Of a DNA stretch of 64,000 bases, positions 55,001-63,127 are shown piece after piece. Each line of letters begins with the position of its first letter. The first letter of the stretch is position 1. The notes under the pieces were generated by a model. It searched no databases and was not told the DNA's origin. It saw nothing but the letters and a program-made list of their open reading frames with translations. The translations under genes and the position numbers were made by a program. The stretch lies in the NCBI GenBank assembly GCA_963824395.1, contig CAWGPF010000004.1:220872-284871 (forward strand), written 5' to 3'. This DNA is from an uncultured Pseudomonadota bacterium. Its GTDB lineage: Bacteria; Pseudomonadota; Gammaproteobacteria; Steroidobacterales; Steroidobacteraceae.

Positions 55001-56833
55001 ATGCGGTCGGATCTCAGGATCACTCGATATTTCTTGGTCGCCGCGTTGATCGCTGTCATGGCCGGTTGCGGTGGCGGCGGGGGTGATAGCACCACAGGCA
55101 CTACGACGACTCAGACCGGCCTCAGCGGCAGCTACACGGTCACGCCCACGACCCTAACGATCGCGGCAACAACGGCCGACGGCGCGCCGACTGGATCGGT
55201 GACGGTTACTCTGCAATTGCAAGGGGCTACGTCGACTACTGAGGTGTATGCCGTGGGCAGTTCGACCCACTCGGGAATCGACTCCCTTAGCTTCGCCGGC
55301 TCGGGGCCGGATACTGGCGTGCTGCAGGTGCTGTTCAAGGTACCTTCGGCTCTGGGGGCCGGCACCTATACGGACAGCATCACACTGCGGATGTGCTTCG
55401 ACACGGCATGCACGCAGCCCCTGTCAGGCGGCCCTGTCACGATCACCACGCATTACAGCATCACGGCAGTCCCGACCGTTTCTGTTGCCTCCACCACAGT
55501 GAACGTGTCGGCGACGACCGCAGACGCATCTGGCCCGGTGGACACGATACCGCTGAAAATCATGGACGGCCCGGCGGCCGGCGTGTACATAACGGCTACC
55601 AGCTCGACCACGGGCATCAAGTCTGTCACTGCGCCGTCGGGGCTGGTTCCCTCGGCGCAAGCCGCGGTTGCGGTCAATTTCGATAACCCGTCGCAGCTGG
55701 GGCAGGGCACCTACACCGATCAGGTGACGATCACCGTATGCGCCGACAGCAATTGCACGGCTCCGCTGAGCGGCAGCCCGCTGTTCCTGAATGTTTCTTA
55801 CACCGTGACGAGTCCGGCGCTCGCGGTGACGAGCCAGGTGGGGCTCAGCCACGATGTGATTGATGCCAAGTACAGTCGCGCACTGGACGCCATCGTGATG
55901 GTGTCGAGCTATCCGACGAACGCGCTATACCTTTATGACATCGCGACGCAGACGGAGTACGCCCAGCCCCTGAACAAGCTACCGACAGTGGTCACGGTCG
56001 GGCCGACCGGTCTGGACGCGGCGGTGGGGCATGATGCACTCATTACCTACGTGAACCTGTCCACGCTGAAGCAGGCGACACCGCCGGCGCCCGTACAGCT
56101 CAACGTAACGGCGCCCGTCTTCGATCTGGTACTGGACGGCCACGGCAACGTGCATGCGGTGCCAACGGTTGACCAGTGGGTGTACTTCCACTCGGTCAAC
56201 ATTGCGACCAATGTGGAGACGGTGGGCACAAGCGGATTGCTGTACGCAGGCAGCCACGCAAAGCTGCAGCCGGGGAGCACGTATATCTACACCGCTGACA
56301 ACGGTCTTGAGCCGAGCAGCATGCAGAAGTGGGACGTGAGCTCCGGATCGGCGGTATATCTCTACGAGATGTTTGGCGCTACCTATTCCGTGTGCGGCAA
56401 TCTCTGGTTCAGCGATGACACGGTGACGATCTACACGCCCTGCGGGAATGTGTTCCGGGCCGCGGCAACTCAGGCCCAGGACATGGCGTACTCTGGCCAG
56501 CTGGCGCTGATGCAGTCGCTCTATGGTAACCAGCTGGTTTCCGTCGACGAGTCCACGGCGGGCAAGGAAATACTCGGCGTCGAGGAGAGTCTCTTCAACT
56601 GCGGACCCAACGGAACGCCCGCAGACTGCCAGACCAATGTCGCGATCTACGACAGTACCTACCTCGGACTCAACGCGCTGTATTCACTCCCGAACGTGGC
56701 CCTGGCGGGTCAGTCGTACCCGCAGCGGGGACTGTTCGTCTTCCATAGTGCCGACGGCACACAGCGGTTCCTGATAAGCATGCTGTATGGAGAGCCGAAT
56801 CCGGCAACCCAGTACTACATCAGCAAGTTCTGA
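55001..56833 (+). CDS. lipoprotein with two tandem Cys-pair Ig-like repeats and a ~330-aa beta-rich (propeller-like) C-terminal domain
   Basis: Lipobox LIAVMAGCGGGGG. Repeats end GTYTDSITLRMCFDTACTQPLSGGPVTITTHYSIT and GTYTDQVTITVCADSNCTAPLSGSPLFLNVSYTVT. Confidence 0.7.
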   Translation: MRSDLRITRYFLVAALIAVMAGCGGGGGDSTTGTTTTQTGLSGSYTVTPTTLTIAATTADGAPTGSVTVTLQLQGATSTTEVYAVGSSTHSGIDSLSFAGSGPDTGVLQVLFKVPSALGAGTYTDSITLRMCFDTACTQPLSGGPVTITTHYSITAVPTVSVASTTVNVSATTADASGPVDTIPLKIMDGPAAGVYITATSSTTGIKSVTAPSGLVPSAQAAVAVNFDNPSQLGQGTYTDQVTITVCADSNCTAPLSGSPLFLNVSYTVTSPALAVTSQVGLSHDVIDAKYSRALDAIVMVSSYPTNALYLYDIATQTEYAQPLNKLPTVVTVGPTGLDAAVGHDALITYVNLSTLKQATPPAPVQLNVTAPVFDLVLDGHGNVHAVPTVDQWVYFHSVNIATNVETVGTSGLLYAGSHAKLQPGSTYIYTADNGLEPSSMQKWDVSSGSAVYLYEMFGATYSVCGNLWFSDDTVTIYTPCGNVFRAAATQAQDMAYSGQLALMQSLYGNQLVSVDESTAGKEILGVEESLFNCGPNGTPADCQTNVAIYDSTYLGLNALYSLPNVALAGQSYPQRGLFVFHSADGTQRFLISMLYGEPNPATQYYISKF

Positions 56834-57132
56834 GGCGGATCTGCGGTGTCCGGCAGCGCTATCCCCAAAAGGCTTATAAAACAGTCTGTTAGGTGAGCGC
56901 ACCGCAGCGCGGATCCCAGGGCACTAGACATATGGTGCTTCTGGCGCGATGCTGAACACAAGGGCATACCCGTTCGAAAGGCGGGGACGCAAAGCCACCG
57001 GTCTAAGGGCGGAAGCCTAAGACAGCGGGGTTGCCACTCCACACCCCGGGTGTGTGAGCGTGCAAGCTCGCCTGCCTTACATCTCTCGCTCTCCCGACCG
57101 TGACGCGGATGCTCGTTTCAGGGGAGAGCTTT

Positions 57133-58266
57133 ATGACATCGAGATTGGCAAAGTCCGCTGCGAACTCGGACCTCAGTTCAGTGCGTCCGCAGGCTGGCGC
57201 GGGCCGCTTCATGGTTACGCTCTGCACTTTGGACGCGGCGGTGTCCATTCGGCAGTCACAGTCGCCGCATCTACGGCCCTTCACCTTCTTCGTAAGTCGC
57301 GCGTACCAGGCGGACGGCACCGAGCGGCTTTATCTCAACATGGGATATTTCAACACGCTGGTCGATGCCGAGAGATGGGCGGAAACGACGCGACGGCAGT
57401 TTCCCGGTGCCTTCGCAACTATCGCAACGGGCGCGCCCTCGCAGGCCACCGGTCTAAAGACATCTTCATCGTCACCGCTCGGTTCTCACGCGGCAGCGCC
57501 CGGGAGCTGTGAGCCTGAAGCAGTCAAACTTCAATCTTTGACCGACAGCCAGGTCCTGAAGATCCTGGAAACGCGTGGTGACCCTACGGCTCGAGACGAT
57601 GCTGATGAAAGAAGCTTCGAGCAGATCGAGTTGCTTCGCCCCGACGACACGCTCACCCGGCGCGTCATCAGGGAGGCGGTCGCTGAGGATGCACCGGTTT
57701 GGTTTGCCGTGCAGCTTCAGTGGTCGGCGCAACCGATCGATCTGAGCACCGTGCGCTCGCTGCCCATCTTCACGTCGCACACGCTGTATGCGACTGAAAA
57801 ACGGCGTCACGGCCGCTCCCGCCATTTTCTGCGACTCGGATTCTTTGCAGACCCGATCTCCGCGAAGCAGATCGCCGTCCAGGTGCTCTCGACGTTCGAC
57901 TCTGCTGCCGTGGTGCCGGTCGTCGAGCCGGAGATCACGCGCGCACGCGAAGCCAGTACGGCACGTGCGATCCCGTATCTTGAGGAATCGCAGGTCGATC
58001 AGGATGGCGATTCCGGCAGCACGCAGGGAGCGCCGGTACCGGCCGCGCCGCCGGGTGTCGCGCGGCGTCGTGCCCGCGCAGGCGCCGAGACAGTTGAGGG
58101 GACACTCGAGGAGCCTGGCGAACAGGAGATATGGACCGAGTCAGACTTGCTGAATGAAAGCGGCGTTCGGCACCTGCGAGTCGAAAGACAGGACCACCAG
58201 TCGGGGCGCTGGAAGATCATCCGCCTGCGCGGTGATTTGCCGAACGAGGCGCAGTTACCGGCGTAA
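57133..58266 (+). CDS. hypothetical protein with two SPOR-like repeats (tentative)
   Basis: ATG 57133 follows ggggagag. The segments FMVTLCTL...LYLNMGYFNTLVDAERWAETTRRQFPGA and WFAVQLQWSA...FLRLGFFADPISAKQIAVQVLSTF resemble SPOR beta-alpha-beta-beta units. I see no signal peptide or TM. Confidence 0.55.
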   Translation: MTSRLAKSAANSDLSSVRPQAGAGRFMVTLCTLDAAVSIRQSQSPHLRPFTFFVSRAYQADGTERLYLNMGYFNTLVDAERWAETTRRQFPGAFATIATGAPSQATGLKTSSSSPLGSHAAAPGSCEPEAVKLQSLTDSQVLKILETRGDPTARDDADERSFEQIELLRPDDTLTRRVIREAVAEDAPVWFAVQLQWSAQPIDLSTVRSLPIFTSHTLYATEKRRHGRSRHFLRLGFFADPISAKQIAVQVLSTFDSAAVVPVVEPEITRAREASTARAIPYLEESQVDQDGDSGSTQGAPVPAAPPGVARRRARAGAETVEGTLEEPGEQEIWTESDLLNESGVRHLRVERQDHQSGRWKIIRLRGDLPNEAQLPA

Positions 58267-58529
58267 TTGGTTATCTCGACGAACGGTTTTTCGGACGTCG
58301 CAGTATCGTGACGAGGAGAGATTTGCGCGCGCCCGCGAAGAGCCGAAGGTGAGAAGGCCACGACGCCGCAAACCGAACCGGCAGGTTCCAAGAATACCGA
58401 ACCGAACTTAGTCAGTCGGGAAGTCGGGCTTCCAGAGTGTCGTTTTGTGACGCACACCCGTGAGACGGGACGGCTGGCGGGTTCACAGTTCCATGCTGGT
58501 CGATTTCCGTTGCAGGGGTTACCACTCCG

Positions 58530-60230
58530 ATGCTGCGCTGCCGCGTCCTGCTCCTGGCTGCTTTTCTGGCACCGTTTGTCACCGACTACGCAGTGGCGGC
58601 CGCTATTCCTGTCCCTGCGCCGCCCGAAGACGCCGCTGTCGGGGAGAGCGCCAGGGCGCTGCTGCTTAAAGGCGACCTGGCAGGATTTGATGCCCTGGCA
58701 ACAGCATTCCGCAATTCCCGGGAACGGACGGCATCGGGCAGCTGGAAGCTCGGGCTTGCGTACCTGAGCGTCGATCAGGACTGGTTCCCGTCGGCAGATC
58801 CCCGTTGGGAAAAGTTGCAGCAGGCCGCGGGCGCCTGGCTCGCCGCGCACCCCGACTCCCCGTCCGCGGTAGCCATAGAGGCGAGGATCCTTCGCGCTCA
58901 CGCATGGGCATTCCACGAGGGATCCGGGGACAGTGATCCCAAGTATCGACAGTTGATCGAGGAGGCGCGCCGGGTCCTCGATCAGCATCCGGACGCCAGG
59001 AATCAGGATCCGCAGTGGGACACGTTGCGCATCGCGATTGCGCGCGAGCAGGGCGCCGGCACGGACCAGATTCTGTCGATGGCCAAGGAGGCGCTCGAGC
59101 GCGAGGCTTACTACTATCCGCTGCACGAGGCGGTAACGAACAAGCTGATGCCGCGCTGGGGTGGCAGCCGGCAGGCGCTTGCACAGTATGCGCAGATGGC
59201 TCTGGCGTATTCTTCCAAGCAGGAAGGTCAGCAGGCCTACGCCCGCATTTATTACTACGTGCTGCGCAGCAACCGGGATGGTGATCCTGGCGTGGAGATG
59301 AGTGAGATGGGAGTCCAGTGGCCTCTGCTGGAGCAGGGTCTCGCCGACCTCGTGAAGGCCTACCCGAGTGTCTTCAATCAGGACATCCAGCGTGTAATCA
59401 CCTGCTTCACCGGGCGCGCGGGTGAGATGCGCGCCCTCGGGCGCCTCGATACGAAGAATTTCGTGCCTGTCGCCTGGTGGGATGAGGCCCGGTGGCGGCA
59501 GTCCTGCAATGACCTGGCATTCGAAGGCAAGTTCCAGCGCGACTCGCTGACGCATCTGGTGCGCAGCTACTCCGCGTTTCTTGGCAGCTTTGGCGATGTC
59601 TTCTGGGAGCGCCTGCGTTGGGCAGTTCTCGCCACATTCTTCCTGCTGGAGGGCGCGCTCGCACTGCTTGCCATGCTCTCGGACCGCTCAGTGACCTGGC
59701 CCGGGTCTCAGGGATTCAGCGAGAGCTTCAATCCGATGGCCTACCCGCGCAGCTACGCGGCGGCAGCGTCCCGCGATCCGAACTTCATTCGCTTGTCAGT
59801 GTGGATGATGCTCGGCGGGGGCGCGTGCACCTACGTGGTGGCCCACGGGGACACCCCGGACATGCTGGTGCATCAGATCGTGATGGCAGGATTCGTGATG
59901 CTGTCGGTCACCGGGGCGCTGATGATCGTCAGCCGCTTTACCGCCCGGGTGGTGCTCGAGCAGGACGGTGTGAGCGTACGCGCGCTCGTCGGCGGGGCCC
60001 GCATGAGTCGAGAGGACATTCTCGGCGTGCGCTATTACTCGCAGGTGAAGGGAGCCCCGCTGATCGAGCTCGTTGCCCGCGATTCCGCGGCAGCACCGCT
60101 ACGGCTGCCGCCGGTGAGATATGAGGACGGGCCTTTCCGGGTCTGGTTCAATTCTCTGCCGGCACTCGCTGTCCCGGTTGCGCATGAGGGCGCACTCTCC
60201 TTACCCCGGGCGGCGCCCAAGGCCCGCTGA
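58530..60230 (+). CDS. membrane protein: signal peptide + helical-repeat domain (DUF4034-like, tentative) + C-terminal TM region
   Basis: MLRCRVLLLAAFLAPFVTDYAVAAA; a helical domain with WLAAHPDSPSAVAIEARILRAHAWA and YYYPLHEAVTNKLMPRWGGS; TM segments around WAVLATFFLLEGALALLAML and MLVHQIVMAGFVMLSVTGALMIV. It is preferred over the antisense ORF 57999..59555. Confidence 0.65.
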   Translation: MLRCRVLLLAAFLAPFVTDYAVAAAIPVPAPPEDAAVGESARALLLKGDLAGFDALATAFRNSRERTASGSWKLGLAYLSVDQDWFPSADPRWEKLQQAAGAWLAAHPDSPSAVAIEARILRAHAWAFHEGSGDSDPKYRQLIEEARRVLDQHPDARNQDPQWDTLRIAIAREQGAGTDQILSMAKEALEREAYYYPLHEAVTNKLMPRWGGSRQALAQYAQMALAYSSKQEGQQAYARIYYYVLRSNRDGDPGVEMSEMGVQWPLLEQGLADLVKAYPSVFNQDIQRVITCFTGRAGEMRALGRLDTKNFVPVAWWDEARWRQSCNDLAFEGKFQRDSLTHLVRSYSAFLGSFGDVFWERLRWAVLATFFLLEGALALLAMLSDRSVTWPGSQGFSESFNPMAYPRSYAAAASRDPNFIRLSVWMMLGGGACTYVVAHGDTPDMLVHQIVMAGFVMLSVTGALMIVSRFTARVVLEQDGVSVRALVGGARMSREDILGVRYYSQVKGAPLIELVARDSAAAPLRLPPVRYEDGPFRVWFNSLPALAVPVAHEGALSLPRAAPKAR

Positions 60231-60425
60231 CCGAAGCTGGACGACCTTGACGGCCGCCCGGTCACCAGCGGAGAGGCACACCGCTGGCAACCGATACAAG
60301 ACATTGATTCGGCAGCCGGCGTCGTGGGGCACATTCAGTGCATCCACGCTTTGTCATGAATCCCCCGGGTCCTGGGGTGACCTGAGGGACAGCTCTCCCC
60401 GCGTCTGGCAGGATTGTGAGCATGT

Positions 60426-60441
60426 CATTACCGTGGTAATG
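60426..60441 (+). promoter_or_regulatory. palindromic operator upstream of the AbrB-type antitoxin
   Basis: Perfect dyad CATTACC-gt-GGTAATG ends 7 nt before ATG 60449. There is no SD between them, and GGTAAT could serve as a -10. Confidence 0.5.
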
Positions 60442-60448
60442 AACCAAC

Positions 60449-60709
60449 ATGGCAATAGCGAAGTCGAAACTTACCGCGCAGAGTCAAATCTCGGTACCGG
60501 CCGAAGTGCGCAAGACGCTCGGGGTCGGCCCCGGTTGCATCCTCGAGTGGGAGGAGCAGGGCGATCAGGTCGTGGTTCGCAAGGCGGGTCGGCACACTTC
60601 GGAAGAAGTGCATCAGGCCCTGTTTGGCCATCGGCAGTCGACTACCGCGCCTGCTGAGGTGAAGGACGGCATCCGAATGTATGTGCGCAAAGGGCATGCG
60701 CGCGATTGA
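60449..60709 (+). CDS. vapB: AbrB/SpoVT/MazE-fold antitoxin (VapB-like)
   Basis: AIAKSKLTAQSQISVPAEVRKTLGVGPGCILEWEEQGDQVVVRKAG is a typical swapped-hairpin AbrB domain. Confidence 0.8.
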   Translation: MAIAKSKLTAQSQISVPAEVRKTLGVGPGCILEWEEQGDQVVVRKAGRHTSEEVHQALFGHRQSTTAPAEVKDGIRMYVRKGHARD

Positions 60710-61078
60710 TACGAAGGTCCTGGTGTGGCTGATAGTGCGCGACGACGTGGAGCAAGTGCGCTCTGCGCACGACTTCATTTCGGGTGGGGCTTGGGGTAGC
60801 TCACCTGGTTCTCGCGGAGACCGTCTGGGTGCTTGACGCGGTCTACGAGCGCACTGCGGCGCAGATCGCGGCGGCTCTCGAGATGCCGCTGAACCAAACG
60901 GATCTCGCGGTGCAGGACACTGACGTGGTGATCTCTGCGCTTGAAGGATTCAGCATCGACCCGCGCTGGGCTTCTCTGACTGTCTGACGCTACAGATCGC
61001 GCGCAAGGCGGGTCACCTGCCGCTGGGTACGTTCGACAAGGACTTGGCAAAGCTGAAGGGGGCTCAGCGCGTTCGCTA
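60696..61078 (+). pseudogene. vapC: PIN-domain VapC toxin disrupted by two +1 frame changes
   Basis: Frame 0 from ATG 60696 reads MRAIDTKVLVWLIVRDD...FISGGAW and then reaches a stop. Frame +1 reads VAHLVLAETVWVLDAVYERTAAQIAAALEMPLNQTDLAVQDTDVVISALEGF and then a stop. Frame +2 reads FSDCLTLQIARKAGHLPLGTFDKDLAKLKGAQRVR and ends at stop 61078. Concatenated, these pieces give a full PIN domain. The first shift lies in the G-run tggggta near 60790. Confidence 0.7.
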
Positions 61079-61300
61079 GCCGTGCCGCGATTGATCGCAG
61101 ACCTTCCAGGCAATCCGGCCAGTGGAGGCGAGTTCGGGAGCGTTTGGGACAGGCCGGGCTGACCGCGGCACCCTCGCGCACCTAAGGCCTTGAATATAAG
61201 AGGCCGGGCACGCAGTTCCAGGCTGAGCGGAAGCGCGCAGAATTACGACCAAACGTGTTAACCTATTGAATTAAGAACTAAAAAACTTCCAGCGGGGCGG

Positions 61301-63040
61301 TTGGTGGCAGATATATTCGTCTCTTACTCCCGGGCGGATAAGGCGCGCGTCGCGCCCCTGGTCGCGGCATTCGAGGCGCAGGGCTGGTCGGTCTGGTGGG
61401 ACCCGGAAATCACTCCGGGTGATGAGTTCGACAAGCTCATCGGGGCGGAACTGGAGGCCGCGCGCGCCGTGGTAGTGGTCTGGACCCGCGCGTCGGTGGA
61501 TTCGCGCTGGGTGAAGGGCGAGGCCCGCGACGCCGCCGACCGCGAGATCCTGGTGCCGGTGCGCTTTGAGAACGCGCGTTTGCCGATCGACGTGCGCTCC
61601 ATCCATACGACGGAGATGGACGGCTGGGGCGGAAGCCGAGACAGCGCTCCGTTCCAGGCTCTGTGTGCCGCACTCGAGACGAAACTCAGGCGCTCCGAGC
61701 CCAAGGTAGTGACAGCGCCGAAGGATGAGCGCACGGCGGTATCCATCTGCGTCCTCCCCTTCAGCAACATGAGCGGGGATCCGGAGCAGGAATACTTCAG
61801 CGACGGGATCACCGAGGACATCATCACCGACTTAGGCAAGGTATCGGCGCTGTCGGTGGTTTCGCGCAACACGGCCTTTTCGTTCAAGGGTTCCTCGAGC
61901 GACATGGCGCGCATTGCGCGCCAGACCAAAGCCTCGTACATCCTGTTCGGCAGCGTCAGAAAAGCAGGGGCCCGCGTGCGCATTACCGCCCAGCTGGTGG
62001 CGACGGCTAACGATGCCCAGATCTGGGGCGAGCGCTACGACCGTGATCTGAACGATATCTTCGCGCTCCAGGACGAGATTTCAAAAGCAATCGTCGCAGC
62101 CCTACGCCTCACTCTGCTGCCCGAGGAAAAGAAGGCTCTCGAGCAGCGCTCCACCTCCAGCAGCGAGGCGTACAAACTCTACCTGATGGCGCGCCAGTTC
62201 TGGCTGATGGACAACGAACGCAATAACGAGATCGTGGTGCGTATATGCCGCCGGGTGGTTGAGATCGATCCGAAGTATGCGCAGGCGTGGGCAACGCTGG
62301 CGCTCGCACAATGGAACATGTTCTGGCTGAGCGATTCAGGGGACGACGGGGAGAGCGCTGCCCAGACTGCATTGAGGCTCGACCCCCACCTCGCCGATGC
62401 CCATGCGGCAATGGCGGCAGCTTTGCGTGCCAAGGGACTATACGAGAAGGGAATCGAGGCGTGCCGCGAGGCTCTGCGACTTGAGCCGGGCTCGTATGTC
62501 GCGAACCGGATCGCCGGACTGAACTACATGGGCCTGCGGCGCTACGAAGAGGCCGTCAAACATTTTGAAATCGCGGCCGCCGCGATGGAGTCGGACTTCA
62601 CGGCGTTCTCGTTCGTATCTCAGTGCTACAGGGCTCTGGGGGATCCTGTACGCCAGCAGGCTGCTGCGCGCTCGACCCTGGGCCGGATCGAAAAGTTAGT
62701 TGCAACCGATCCGGGACACAGCCGGGCGATCGGCATAGGCGCGTGCATGCTGTCTGATCTGAATGAGGGTGAGCGCGCGAAAGAGTGGGTGATCCGCGCC
62801 CGGCTGGTAGACCCGGAAAACATCAATCTTCATTACAACCTCGCGTGCGCAATGGCGGCGCTAAAAGAGGTTGATATGGCACTCGACACCCTCGCCGAGA
62901 TTGCCGATAACCTGTCGCCAGGCATGGTGAGCTGGCTGGAGTCCGATAACGACTTTGACTTGATCCGCGACGAGCCGCGATTCATAAGCATAGTGGGGCA
63001 GGTGAAGGCACGGCTGGCGAAGGCGCGCCGGCCCTCATAA
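61301..63040 (+). CDS. TIR-domain protein fused to a TolB-N-like module and TPR repeats (no TM)
   Basis: aa 1-125: ADIFVSYSRADK, VVVVWTRASVDSRWVKGEA (Glu74) and ILVPVRFE indicate a TIR_2-like domain. aa ~148-268: SICVLPFSNMSGDPEQEYFSDGITEDIITDL...GSVRKAGARVRITAQL...IWGERYDRDLNDIFALQDEI. aa ~280-579: TPR-like helical repeats. The start is TTG 61301 or GTG 61304. Confidence 0.85.
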   Translation: MVADIFVSYSRADKARVAPLVAAFEAQGWSVWWDPEITPGDEFDKLIGAELEAARAVVVVWTRASVDSRWVKGEARDAADREILVPVRFENARLPIDVRSIHTTEMDGWGGSRDSAPFQALCAALETKLRRSEPKVVTAPKDERTAVSICVLPFSNMSGDPEQEYFSDGITEDIITDLGKVSALSVVSRNTAFSFKGSSSDMARIARQTKASYILFGSVRKAGARVRITAQLVATANDAQIWGERYDRDLNDIFALQDEISKAIVAALRLTLLPEEKKALEQRSTSSSEAYKLYLMARQFWLMDNERNNEIVVRICRRVVEIDPKYAQAWATLALAQWNMFWLSDSGDDGESAAQTALRLDPHLADAHAAMAAALRAKGLYEKGIEACREALRLEPGSYVANRIAGLNYMGLRRYEEAVKHFEIAAAAMESDFTAFSFVSQCYRALGDPVRQQAAARSTLGRIEKLVATDPGHSRAIGIGACMLSDLNEGERAKEWVIRARLVDPENINLHYNLACAMAALKEVDMALDTLAEIADNLSPGMVSWLESDNDFDLIRDEPRFISIVGQVKARLAKARRPS

Positions 63041-63127
63041 GTACCTGCGAGCCTGGGTTAGCCCCAGCCGGATTCTGGCTATCTCAGGCGCGACCCGCTT
63101 AAGCTTTCTGGGCTATCCGGGGGACTT

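Noticed and set aside
57999-59555. 518-aa ORF on the minus strand.
   Set aside because: It is antisense to the SPOR-like and DUF4034-like genes. Its translation is Arg/Pro/Gly-rich with no motifs, whereas the plus-strand proteins have a signal peptide, helical repeats and TM segments. This is a typical high-GC shadow ORF.
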